The translations under genes and the position numbers were made by a program. DNA of 61,773 bases from contig JAGOQY010000001.1 in the NCBI GenBank assembly GCA_018063125.1, forward strand, positions 1-61,773, read 5' to 3'. Below are positions 35,853 through 44,656 of the stretch, piece after piece (the first letter of the stretch is position 1; every line of letters begins with the position of its first letter). Source of the DNA: Patescibacteria group bacterium. GTDB lineage: Bacteria > Patescibacteriota > Patescibacteriia > 2-12-FULL-60-25. Under the pieces are notes generated by a model, which was not told the origin of the DNA, made no database searches, and worked only from the letters and a program-made list of their open reading frames with translations.

Positions 35853-36191
35853 ATGGTTATTGTGAAGAAAATTCCGGTGGCGAAGGTGGGGGAAGTGCCG
35901 GTGGGGCGCACGAAGCATTTTCAGTTTGGGGTGCATAAGGGGATTGCATTTAATGATCAGGGGACGCTGAAGGCGTATGTGAATGCATGTACGCATATGG
36001 GTGGGACAACGGATTTGCATTCGTCTGGCGTCCTGCGTTGCCGACAGCATTTTGCGGAGTTTGATCCGGCGACAGGGGAGCGATTGAGTGGGCAGGCGCC
36101 GGAAGGGACGCGATTGAAGCCGATTGAACTTTTGACGGAAGGTGATGAGATCTTTGGAAAGCTGGAGATTCGTGACGAATTTTCTTTCTAA
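35853..36191 (+). CDS. Rieske [2Fe-2S] domain protein (112 aa)
   Basis: CTHMGG (CxH) and CRQHFAEF (CxxH). Confidence 0.8.
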   Translation: MVIVKKIPVAKVGEVPVGRTKHFQFGVHKGIAFNDQGTLKAYVNACTHMGGTTDLHSSGVLRCRQHFAEFDPATGERLSGQAPEGTRLKPIELLTEGDEIFGKLEIRDEFSF

Positions 36192-36193
36192 GC

Positions 36194-37825
36194 ATGATTC
36201 GTTTTTTGAAACAGTTCTGGAACGGAGAAACGAACGGCCTCACGGCCGCGGCGTTGATTGTGGGCGCGTCATCGCTCGCGTCTCGATTGGTTGGGTTGCT
36301 TCGTGATCGGACGCTCGCGGGAACGTTTGGTGCGGGGGCAGAACTCGATGCGTACTATGCGGCGTTTCGCGTTCCGGATGCGCTCTACAATTTGTTGATT
36401 CTTGGGGCGTTGTCCGCGGGATTTATTCCTGTCTTTGCGGAATATCTTGAAACGCGAGATCGACGGGATGCGTGGCGCCTTGCGGAACAGGTTCTTTCGA
36501 TTGTCGGCGCGGTTCTCGTTGTCGGATGTCTTTTTCTCGCGCTCTTTGCGCCGATTCTTGTTCCGCTCACCGTTCCCGGATTTAGTCCCGAGCAAACAGA
36601 GATCACGATTCGTTTGGCGCGCATCATGTTTCTCTCGCCGTTCTTTCTCGGGTTGTCTGCGGTGATGGGTGGGATCTTGCAGGCAACGCGACGGTTTCTC
36701 GCGTTTTCGATTGCGCCGGTTCTCTACAATGTCGGAATTATCTTGGGAACGATTTTTCTTGCTCCACGATTTGGAATCGAAGGTGTGGCGTGGGGTGTGG
36801 TTTTTGGGGCGTTCCTGCATTTTGCGGTGCAAGCCTATGCCGCGCTCGGATTAGGACTGCGTCGGATCCCTCCTCCATCTTTTGAACATGAGGGCGTTCG
36901 TCGTATTTTGAAATTGATGGCTCCTCGCACGGCCGGGCTCGCCGTGAGTCAGATGAATTTGATCGTTCTTTTGATCATGGCATCAACACTTGCGCCGGGT
37001 TCTGTCGCGGTTTTCAATTTGGCGAACAATCTTCAATCGTTCCCAGTTGGAATTTTAGGAATCTCTTTTGCAATCGCCGCGTTTCCAGTTTTGGCGAGTG
37101 CGGCGGGGAGAAAAGATCGTGAGGGATTTTTGTCGGCGTTTGGTTCGGCTGCACGGAAGATCGCGTTTTTTATTCTTCCCGCAACTGCGCTGTTTTTCCT
37201 TTCTCGTGCACAGATCGTTCGTATGGCGCTCGGTTCGGGAGAGTTTAGCTGGGACGATACGATTCTCACGGCGGGCGTTGTCGGTGTATTTTTGATCTCT
37301 TTGTTGGCTCAGTGTCTTGTTCCGCTGGTCGCGCGCGCGTTCTACGCTCTGCAGAATACGTGGACCCCGTTTTGGGCCGCGCTCGTCGCTGAAGCGTTGA
37401 ACCTTGTCCTCGCGTTTGCGCTCAAGGATTATTACGGGATCGCGGGACTCGCTCTCGCGTTTTCCATCGCGACATACATCAACCTCTTTTTGTTGTGGTG
37501 GCAGTTGCGTCGAATCTACGGACATTTGCAGACATGGTCGTTTGCGCTTTCACTGGCAAAAACGGTGGTGGCGTCTGGCGCGATTATTCTTGCGGGATAT
37601 CCTGTGCGACAGTTTATCGGGACCGCATTCCCGTTGCGTGAAACGTGGCAGGTGGTATTACAGGCGAGCGCTGCATCATTCGTGGGACTCGCGGCATTTA
37701 TTCTCGTTGCGTGGCTCTTGAAGTCGCCAGAGTTGAATGAACTCCGAACCGCGCTCACAAAGAAGCTGGTGAAACAGGCGGGTGCGGTCGCGGGTGCCGA
37801 AGAAGCTCAAGGGATGTCGACATGA
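36194..37825 (+). CDS. murJ: Lipid II flippase MurJ
   Basis: SRLVGLLRDRTLAGTFGAG.ELDAYYAAFRVPD. About 14 TM. 543 aa. Confidence 0.9.
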   Translation: MIRFLKQFWNGETNGLTAAALIVGASSLASRLVGLLRDRTLAGTFGAGAELDAYYAAFRVPDALYNLLILGALSAGFIPVFAEYLETRDRRDAWRLAEQVLSIVGAVLVVGCLFLALFAPILVPLTVPGFSPEQTEITIRLARIMFLSPFFLGLSAVMGGILQATRRFLAFSIAPVLYNVGIILGTIFLAPRFGIEGVAWGVVFGAFLHFAVQAYAALGLGLRRIPPPSFEHEGVRRILKLMAPRTAGLAVSQMNLIVLLIMASTLAPGSVAVFNLANNLQSFPVGILGISFAIAAFPVLASAAGRKDREGFLSAFGSAARKIAFFILPATALFFLSRAQIVRMALGSGEFSWDDTILTAGVVGVFLISLLAQCLVPLVARAFYALQNTWTPFWAALVAEALNLVLAFALKDYYGIAGLALAFSIATYINLFLLWWQLRRIYGHLQTWSFALSLAKTVVASGAIILAGYPVRQFIGTAFPLRETWQVVLQASAASFVGLAAFILVAWLLKSPELNELRTALTKKLVKQAGAVAGAEEAQGMST

Positions 37826-37838
37826 TATCTTTGATCAC

Positions 37839-38651
37839 ATGAAACCTACGCAGATTTTTCTTCTTGTTATCGCTGTTGTCGTTCTCGGCGTTGTCGCTTC
37901 GCGTTTTATTCCAGAACGCATGGCGAATCAAAACGAAACCGCTCCTGCGGAAACTGCAAAGCCGATTAATCCCAATCTTTCACCTCAGGCCGGAGCGATC
38001 CTCCAGATTCGTGAAGGTTCTGCCACATTGGTTCGTCGTGATGAGCGTTTTTCTGCGCATGATGGATTGGACTTCCAGCCTGGCGATCAGCTAGAGGTCG
38101 GGGAAGAATCTGACGTGGTGATCATTTGGCCACATTACGGGCGAACGGTTCTCGCCGCGGGGAGCGTTGTTCGATTTCAGAAAGTGTTTGAAAGTACAAA
38201 CCGTGAACGTTTTGAGGGAAAGCTCTCTCTCGAGCGTGGTCGCATGTGGACGAAGTTTTATGACACGTTATTTCAGGGGCAGACGTTTCAGATTCGTATT
38301 GGGGGCGTATTGCTGGACGTCTCCGGCGGATCGTTTGGGGTGACGCGAGATGAAAACGATGACGTGACGATTGATGTCCGAAGCCAAGCGGTTCGTGCGC
38401 TGACGGTGAAGGATGAGGTCCCGACCGGAGAGATGCGAAAGGCGGGATTTGATGAGATGTTTGCCGAAACCGCGCAGTCAGAAATAACGGAAATCGGCGG
38501 ACGTGCGGTCCAGATGTCGCAGGATGGTTCCATGAACGATGTGAGCGCCTCAGCGGATGCGTTCGCAGAATCCGGTGACGCACCGATCTCACGAGATGCA
38601 TTGGATGTTCAGCCATCGAGTGCTACGCTCTTACCCGAATCTTCTCTATGA
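37839..38651 (+). CDS. Membrane-anchored FecR-like domain protein
   Basis: N-terminal TM, then ...GSATLVRRDERFSAHDGLDFQPGDQLEVGEESDVVIIW... Resembles the FecR/DUF4974-type beta domain. Tentative. Confidence 0.55.
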   Translation: MKPTQIFLLVIAVVVLGVVASRFIPERMANQNETAPAETAKPINPNLSPQAGAILQIREGSATLVRRDERFSAHDGLDFQPGDQLEVGEESDVVIIWPHYGRTVLAAGSVVRFQKVFESTNRERFEGKLSLERGRMWTKFYDTLFQGQTFQIRIGGVLLDVSGGSFGVTRDENDDVTIDVRSQAVRALTVKDEVPTGEMRKAGFDEMFAETAQSEITEIGGRAVQMSQDGSMNDVSASADAFAESGDAPISRDALDVQPSSATLLPESSL

Positions 38652-39619
38652 ATCCCACGACACGGCTTTTGATCCCGCTGTTTGCTCTCGCGTTGCTTGC
38701 TGGAGGCTGTTTTGCATTCGGTCCTCGCGTTGTTCGCGTTCCGGATGCGCCAGAACGGATTGCGGCAGACGCGGATCCGGTCGCCTATCTCCGTCTTGCG
38801 GCAAGCAGTTCCGCAACCGTGACACGTGGTTCTACCACGGTTGAAGCGGTGGATGGTGTTGGACTGATTTCCGGTGATCGCATTCAAGCGGTTTCTGGAG
38901 ACGTTTCGATCGTGTATCCGGAATCCGGAATGTCGAAGCTTGATGTGGGAACAGAGGTCGTGTTGTTGGCTGGAGGAGAAGATGGAACCGCGTTTACCGA
39001 GATGCAGTTGATCGCCGGAAATATCTGGACGCGTTTTGAAAAACTTTTTGGTCCGAACGAGCAGTTCTCGGTGAACGCAAATGGCGTTGTCGCAACGGTT
39101 CGTGGAACGGCGTTCGGGGTGTCGATGGAGAAAGGCGTTGTCGATGTGATGGTTGCGGATCACGAGGTGGATGTCACGTCTGAAGCGCTGGAAGTCGGAT
39201 CGCAGGGATCGAAAGATGTCAGCGTTCGACTGGTCGCCGGAAAAGGTCTTCGTCTCTCTGCGGAAGAGATGACACGGCTCAAGCGAATCGGCATGATGGC
39301 GCGTGTGCGTGATCTTACGCCGACAGAAAAGCAGAAGGTGGGTTTTCTCTTCATGATGAAAAAATTGAATTCGAAACAGATGGAGCGTCCCGCTTCCGTG
39401 ATTCGAATGGAGGGCGAGGCGACGATTCCGGCACAGTTTGAACGTCGCATGGATTTTCTTCGTGAGCGTGTGAAGCTTGAAGCGCAGTTGCGCGGATTCG
39501 TGCTTCCGACGCGAGGAGTGGAATCAACGGATTTCGCTCCCTCAGAATTGAACCCATCTGTCGAAGGTCCCACGACCACGATGCAGGTGGAAACCAACAC
39601 GACGTTGGAGATTCGGTAG
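38648..39619 (+). CDS. FecR-like domain lipoprotein (paralog of the previous gene)
   Basis: LLAGG|C lipobox. ...ATVTRGSTTVEAVDGVGLISGDRIQAVSGDVSIVYPE... and VATVRGTAFGV. ATGA overlap with the previous gene. Confidence 0.6.
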   Translation: MNPTTRLLIPLFALALLAGGCFAFGPRVVRVPDAPERIAADADPVAYLRLAASSSATVTRGSTTVEAVDGVGLISGDRIQAVSGDVSIVYPESGMSKLDVGTEVVLLAGGEDGTAFTEMQLIAGNIWTRFEKLFGPNEQFSVNANGVVATVRGTAFGVSMEKGVVDVMVADHEVDVTSEALEVGSQGSKDVSVRLVAGKGLRLSAEEMTRLKRIGMMARVRDLTPTEKQKVGFLFMMKKLNSKQMERPASVIRMEGEATIPAQFERRMDFLRERVKLEAQLRGFVLPTRGVESTDFAPSELNPSVEGPTTTMQVETNTTLEIR

Positions 39620-39674
39620 TTCGTTCGGAGACGGATTGCCAAAGATCGTTTTTTCAGGCAGAGTTGGCGCACAA

Positions 39675-41486
39675 ATGGACCAGTCCCGCATCCGAAATTT
39701 CTGCATTATTGCGCATATTGATCACGGCAAGTCGACCCTTGCCGATCGTTTGCTTGAAATGACGGGGACGATTGAAAAGCGAAAGATGAAGGATCAGCTT
39801 CTCGATACGATGGATTTGGAACGCGAACGCGGGATTACGATCAAGCTTCAGCCGGCTCGCATGAGCTATGTGTCCAAAAAAGATGGGCAGGAATATCAGC
39901 TCAATTTGATTGATACGCCAGGTCACGTGGACTTTGGATATGAAGTTTCTCGTTCGCTCGCCGCGGTCGAAGGGGCGCTCCTTCTCGTTGACTCCACGCA
40001 AGGCGTTCAGGCACAGACGATCGCGAACTTGTATCTCGCGATCGAACAGGATCTCACGATCATTCCGGTGTTGAACAAGATCGACCTTCCAAACTCCGAA
40101 GTCGAACGTCGTGCAGAAGAAATCATGCGACTCATCGGATGCAAGCGCGAAGAGATTCTTCTGGCATCTGGAAAGACGGGGGAGGGCGTGGATCAAATCC
40201 TTGAGCATCTGGTCACGGATATTCCGGCGCCGAGAGGAGATGCGAGCAAGCCTCCACGTGCATTGATTTTTGATTCCAAGTACGACGAGTACAAGGGTGT
40301 TGTCGCGTATATTCGTGTCGTCGATGGTTCACTCGGAAAGCGCGACAAGATTACGTTCCTCGCGACAAAGTTTACGGCGGAAGCGCTTGATACGGGATAC
40401 TTGAAACCCACAGACGTTCCAGCAGATCGTCTTCAGTCGGGAGAAATCGGATATATCGTCACGGGGTTGAAAGATATCGCGGCTGTTCGCGTGGGTGACA
40501 CGATTGCACACACACCGCTCGCCGCAGAAACGAAAATGCTGGAAGGCTACAAGGAGGTCCGGCCGATGGTGTATGCCGGGATTTTTCCGAAAGAAGGAAA
40601 TGAATATGAGCGTCTTCGCGATGCGATCATGAAGCTTCAGTTGTCTGATGCGGCGTTGACCTCAGAGCCTGAACATTCGACCGCGCTCGGGTTTGGGTTT
40701 CGTTGTGGAATGTTGGGGATGCTTCACTTGGAAATCGTACAAGAGCGCTTGCGTCGTGAACACAACATGGAAGTTGTCGTGACGACGCCCTCGGTGGCGT
40801 ATGAAGTGACACGCACCGATGGAACGGAAGAAGTGATTAAATCGCCACTCGCATTTCCAGATCCTTCGCGTATCGAAGAGGCACGTGAGCCGTGGGTTGC
40901 GGTGAGCATTGTGTGTCCATCTGATTACATCGGAAACGTGATGGGCCTGATCCAGGATCGTCGCGGTGTGTACAAGACAACGGATTATTACGATCCGACA
41001 CGCGCGGTGTTGCACTACGATATGCCGCTTTCTTCGGTGATCGTGGATTTTCATGATCGATTGAAGAGTGCTTCTGCCGGATATGCTTCGATGAATTATG
41101 AATTGATTGGCTATCGTCCAGCACCGATTGTTCGTTTGGATATTCTTGTCGCAGAAGAACCTGTGGCCGCATTTGCCACGCTCATTCATGAAGATGAAGC
41201 GTATCGTCGTGGGAAAGACGTCGTGGAGATTTTGAAGGAGACGCTTCCGCGTCAGCAGTTCGTGATCAAGCTCCAGGCTTCTGTGGGCGCAAAGGTGTTG
41301 GCCTCAGAACGAATCTCCGCATTCCGAAAGGACGTGACGGGGTACTTGTATGGCGGCGACGTAACCCGCAAAATGAAACTGCTCGAAAAGCAAAAGAAGG
41401 GAAAGAAGCGCATGATGTCGATGGGTGTCGGCTCTGTGGATATTCCTTCGGATGCGTTTATCAAAGTGTTGAAGCGAAAAGACTAA
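39675..41486 (+). CDS. lepA: Translation elongation factor 4 (LepA)
   Basis: IRNFCIIAHIDHGKSTLADRLL, DTPGHVDF, NKID, and the LepA-specific C-terminus ...LLEKQKKGKKRM. ATG at 39675. Confidence 0.95.
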   Translation: MDQSRIRNFCIIAHIDHGKSTLADRLLEMTGTIEKRKMKDQLLDTMDLERERGITIKLQPARMSYVSKKDGQEYQLNLIDTPGHVDFGYEVSRSLAAVEGALLLVDSTQGVQAQTIANLYLAIEQDLTIIPVLNKIDLPNSEVERRAEEIMRLIGCKREEILLASGKTGEGVDQILEHLVTDIPAPRGDASKPPRALIFDSKYDEYKGVVAYIRVVDGSLGKRDKITFLATKFTAEALDTGYLKPTDVPADRLQSGEIGYIVTGLKDIAAVRVGDTIAHTPLAAETKMLEGYKEVRPMVYAGIFPKEGNEYERLRDAIMKLQLSDAALTSEPEHSTALGFGFRCGMLGMLHLEIVQERLRREHNMEVVVTTPSVAYEVTRTDGTEEVIKSPLAFPDPSRIEEAREPWVAVSIVCPSDYIGNVMGLIQDRRGVYKTTDYYDPTRAVLHYDMPLSSVIVDFHDRLKSASAGYASMNYELIGYRPAPIVRLDILVAEEPVAAFATLIHEDEAYRRGKDVVEILKETLPRQQFVIKLQASVGAKVLASERISAFRKDVTGYLYGGDVTRKMKLLEKQKKGKKRMMSMGVGSVDIPSDAFIKVLKRKD

Positions 41487-41491
41487 TCGCA

Positions 41492-42235
41492 ATGGATGTT
41501 CGCGCTATTCGTACGCGTCTTTTTACGCCGAACGAAAAATTGAGCAAATTCGTCATTGAACATCTCCCGAAGTTACGAGAGGGAGATGTGGTTGTTGTGA
41601 CGTCGAAAATCGTTGCGCTTGCACAGGGGCGGATTGTTTCCATTCGCACACCGAAAGAGAAGGAGCGTTGGATTCGTCGAGGTTCATCGAAAACGGTGCG
41701 CACGCCATGGTGCTTTTTGACACGTTTAAATGGGGAGTGGTGCGCAAGTGCCGGGGTCGATGAATCGAATGCGGACGGAAAACTCATTCTTTTTCCTGAG
41801 AATGTACAGCGGGAAGCTCAGAAGCTGAGACTCAGTCTTTGTCGCTCTTTTGGTATAAAAAAACTTGGAGTGATTTTAACGGATACGCGTCTGATTCCGA
41901 TGCGGAAAGGAGCGATGGGGGTTGCGGTCGCATTTTCGGGAATTGAACCAATTCGAAACTATATCGGTAAATTGGATCTATTCGGTCGGCAGTTAAAAAT
42001 GACTCAGACGGCCACGGTACAGCCGCTGGCCGCCGCCGCAGTGTTTGCAATGGGTGAAGGAGATGAGCAAAAACCACTCGCGTTGATCCGTCACGCGCTC
42101 ATCGAGTTTACGAAGCGTTCAATCTCGCTGGAGTCACTTATTGTTGATCCGGCGGATGATTTGTATGGGTACGCCTATTCAGCGTCCGTGCGACGGTCTC
42201 GTGCGCGCTCCAAGCCTCGTCGTTCTGTACGATAA
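41492..42235 (+). CDS. CofE-family (F420-0:gamma-glutamyl ligase-like) protein
   Basis: EGDVVVVTSKIVALAQGR, SAGVDESNA, GVILTDTRLIPMRKGAMGVAV, DLFGR, LAAAAVFAMGEGDEQKP. These match the PF01996 pattern as I recall it. Confidence 0.8.
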   Translation: MDVRAIRTRLFTPNEKLSKFVIEHLPKLREGDVVVVTSKIVALAQGRIVSIRTPKEKERWIRRGSSKTVRTPWCFLTRLNGEWCASAGVDESNADGKLILFPENVQREAQKLRLSLCRSFGIKKLGVILTDTRLIPMRKGAMGVAVAFSGIEPIRNYIGKLDLFGRQLKMTQTATVQPLAAAAVFAMGEGDEQKPLALIRHALIEFTKRSISLESLIVDPADDLYGYAYSASVRRSRARSKPRRSVR

Positions 42236-42587
42236 CCCAATCTACGAGCTGATCCCATGTCGCACGCGTTAATGGGGTTTTGTTTATTTGTCTTGCATGG
42301 CAAACGCCAATGCGTATCCACTCGGGAGGGACTATGGAAAGGAATCGATCGAACCATCCATATCCTTTTCCGTGGCGCGTCCCATGAAGATCGAATTTGC
42401 GTCCTGGGATGAGTAGATAGACCTCGTTTGATTGAAAGCTTGTAGTTATTTTTTTCCCTTCGAGAATTGGATTACTCGTTTTTGAAGTAGGTAGTATTAT
42501 CCGTCTATCAGCCATGAGATGAGAAAAGGGGATTTCTTTTGGGTCAGGTTCGCCCATGATTGGCTCAAACCAAATTCCATATCGCAT
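42138..42587 (-). CDS. 5-formyltetrahydrofolate cyclo-ligase-like protein, short (149 aa)
   Basis: LLIPGRKFDLHGTRHGKGYGWFDRFL parallels VPGVAFD..G.RLG.GGGYYDR.L. Its tail overlaps the CofE-like 3' end by about 98 nt. Confidence 0.6.
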   Translation of the reverse strand: MRYGIWFEPIMGEPDPKEIPFSHLMADRRIILPTSKTSNPILEGKKITTSFQSNEVYLLIPGRKFDLHGTRHGKGYGWFDRFLSIVPPEWIRIGVCHARQINKTPLTRATWDQLVDWVIVQNDEAWSAHETVARTLNRRTHTNHPPDQQ

Positions 42588-42622
42588 GCGTAGAAGCGCT
42601 TGATTGAGTGCGTCTGGGAGTC

Positions 42623-42651
42623 TTGACGAATTGCCTATTTTCAGATATGTT
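42623..42651 (+). promoter_or_regulatory. Possible sigma70-type promoter for the ATP-grasp gene
   Basis: TTGACG, 17-nt spacer, TATGTT. GGAG lies 9 nt before the ATG at 42712. Confidence 0.35.
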
Positions 42652-42711
42652 CGCTTGAATCGTTGGGAGCCTCCCTCGGTTCAGATCTCACCGTAGCATG
42701 GAGATACCATC

Positions 42712-43707
42712 ATGAAAAAACGTACATTGGTCACGGAGATCCTCGAGCGAGTCGCGAGGAAGATGGGAATCGAAGTTCATGTCGAGCCTCGTTGGGGCTA
42801 TGTCGGACAGATCGTCCTTCCGGATGGTCGCAAACGATATTTCCGAAATACCAGTCTCGACATCAATGGGCTCGGATCAACGGAAATCGCCCGTGACAAG
42901 GATTATGCACAGTACTTTTTGAAACGCATGGGTTACCCGGTTATTCCGGGTGAAACATTCTACGTCGATCAGTGGTGTAGGGCTATTGGAAGTCGGAGAG
43001 GAAGCCAGGCGGCGTATCGGTACGCCAAGCGCATCGGTTTCCCCGTGATGGTGAAACCGAATAGCAAAAGTCAGGGTGCGGGAATTCGTAAGGCATATAC
43101 GAAGCAGGAGCTGTTTCGTGCGATCCGAGCTATCGAGAAGAACGAGAAAGTGTACTTGGTCCAACGGTTCATGACCGGTCATGATTATCGTATTGTCGTG
43201 TTGGATGGTGCGGTCATCTCTGCATATGAGCGTTTTCCGCTCTCTGTGACGGGAGATGGTCGCTCAACAATTTTTCAGCTTCTCAAAAAGAAGCAAGAAC
43301 TGTTCAAGCGGCTCGATCGAGATACCGTGATCAAGAAGGATGACCCCAGGATCCTCGAAGAACTTCGTCGGCAAGGCTACACGAAACGATCTGTCCTTGT
43401 GAAAGGCTATCGTGTGATGTTGATGCCGAACGCGAATCTTTCCACGGGTGGCGACGCTATCGATGTGACGGATCATGTTCATCCGAAGTGGAAGACTTAC
43501 GCAAAGCGTCTCGCGAGAGATATGAACCTCCGGTACATCGGTATCGACGTCATGACTCAAGAGCCGTTGGATGTTGCACCGAGCAACCATGTCATCATCG
43601 AAGTGAACGCGGCACCCGGCCTCGATAACTACGCAACCATGGGGCGGAAGCAACAGCGCATCGTGGAGGACCTGTATGGCAAGGTGCTTCTGGCGCTCCT
43701 CAAGTGA
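42712..43707 (+). CDS. ATP-grasp ligase (cyanophycin synthetase / RimK / GshB-like fold)
   Basis: ...GSTEIARDKDYAQYFLKRMGYPVIPGE..., FPVMVKPNSKSQGAGI, YLVQRFMTGHDYRIVVLDG, IIEVNAAPG. Confidence 0.75.
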   Translation: MKKRTLVTEILERVARKMGIEVHVEPRWGYVGQIVLPDGRKRYFRNTSLDINGLGSTEIARDKDYAQYFLKRMGYPVIPGETFYVDQWCRAIGSRRGSQAAYRYAKRIGFPVMVKPNSKSQGAGIRKAYTKQELFRAIRAIEKNEKVYLVQRFMTGHDYRIVVLDGAVISAYERFPLSVTGDGRSTIFQLLKKKQELFKRLDRDTVIKKDDPRILEELRRQGYTKRSVLVKGYRVMLMPNANLSTGGDAIDVTDHVHPKWKTYAKRLARDMNLRYIGIDVMTQEPLDVAPSNHVIIEVNAAPGLDNYATMGRKQQRIVEDLYGKVLLALLK

Positions 43708-43713
43708 ACAAAA

Positions 43714-43747
43714 AGCCGGTGGGTAAGAACCCGCCGGCTATTTTTTT
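43714..43747. terminator. Bidirectional rho-independent terminator
   Basis: agccggtggg-taagaa-cccgccggct followed by T7, with an A-run upstream. Confidence 0.75.
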
Positions 43748-43769
43748 GAGAGAAAGAACACGATGGAAG

Positions 43770-44384
43770 CTACCAATCCATCGTTTCTAGGAGCGCCCAG
43801 GTGATGTCATCAGAGGACTCGATCTCTAGGGATGGTGGAACTTCAAGAGTGATCGTGTCCTCGGGATGTTGAAGGACTCTCCCGGCTCCTCGCCAAGATG
43901 TACGACGTTTCCAGTCCATTAGACTGCTCCGTACGATGCCTCCAGGAATTTCCGTGGTTGCATGTAAGACGGTTTCGTCTCTGCAGACGATTCCGACATG
44001 CCCAACGCGCGCCTGCTCATGTCCGATTGGTGGACAGACGGGACCGGCCGTAAATACGAGATCTCCAGGGCGAATCGCATCCATGTGGACACTGATCGCC
44101 ATGATTTTTTGATGAGCGGCTCGACGAGGGACGCGAATGCCTCGTTGAGCATAGACCCATTTGATGAATCCAGAGCAGTCCATCTCTGTGGGCGCTTGGC
44201 TCATGCGGGCGCCACGTTTATATGTGGAGATCCCGACCGCTTGCTCGGCGGCCTGTACGACATCGATGTCGAGAGTCTTGAAGCCGAGTTCACTCAACTT
44301 CCGAACAATGTCACGGCGTTGAAGAGGGATATCAACGGAGGAAAGATCGAATGCGCAACGGTTTCCGGCGGCCTGAATATACAA
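43770..44384 (-). CDS. NlpC/P60 (C40) cysteine peptidase without a signal peptide
   Basis: MDCSGFIKWVY (catalytic Cys), GDLVFT, GHVGIV (His). TTG start at 44384 with AAGGAG 7 nt upstream. No N-terminal hydrophobic segment. Confidence 0.8.
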   Translation of the reverse strand: MYIQAAGNRCAFDLSSVDIPLQRRDIVRKLSELGFKTLDIDVVQAAEQAVGISTYKRGARMSQAPTEMDCSGFIKWVYAQRGIRVPRRAAHQKIMAISVHMDAIRPGDLVFTAGPVCPPIGHEQARVGHVGIVCRDETVLHATTEIPGGIVRSSLMDWKRRTSWRGAGRVLQHPEDTITLEVPPSLEIESSDDITWALLETMDW

Positions 44385-44548
44385 GATTTTCTCCTTTTGA
44401 GTTGTAGAATGAGATTCAGAGAATTGACTGCTCTAGGCCGGCTGGTCTAGATTTCCCCGGACCACGTACGGTGTTGCCGTGTATGAAGCATGGCGAGTAG
44501 GATACTGATGGATGTTGATTTTGTCGAGACTCAAGTAATTGATCTTCT

Positions 44549-44647
44549 ATGAAAAAAGTGGGGAAAACCGTGATGACCATTGTTGTCGTCTTCATGTTGA
44601 TTTCGATGGTGATGTCACTCGTCCTGCCGTTTGGAATGATGTTCTAG
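44549..44647 (+). CDS. Possible 32-aa hydrophobic micro-protein (MKKVGKTVMTIVVVFMLISMVMSLVLPFGMMF)
   Basis: Read by hand; it is below the ORF-track length cutoff. Basic N-terminus plus one TM-length segment. Ends 9 nt before the recJ ATG. An internal ATG at 44573 is preceded by GGGGAA. Confidence 0.3.
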   Translation: MKKVGKTVMTIVVVFMLISMVMSLVLPFGMMF

Positions 44648-44656
44648 TCATCACGC

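Noticed and set aside
35659-35865. 68-aa ORF inside the structured intergenic region
   Set aside because: It is read straight through hairpins and repeats (…AKVTKTAGGALICVRVGGRWRF…), has no SD and has an improbable composition. It is better explained as non-coding structure.
42138-42235. 98-nt convergent overlap of the CofE-like and MTHFS-like genes as evidence of a frameshift or pseudogene
   Set aside because: Both conserved cores end before the overlap. The overlapping parts are basic, low-complexity tails, so this is more likely ORF over-extension than gene decay. It cannot be settled without homolog alignments.
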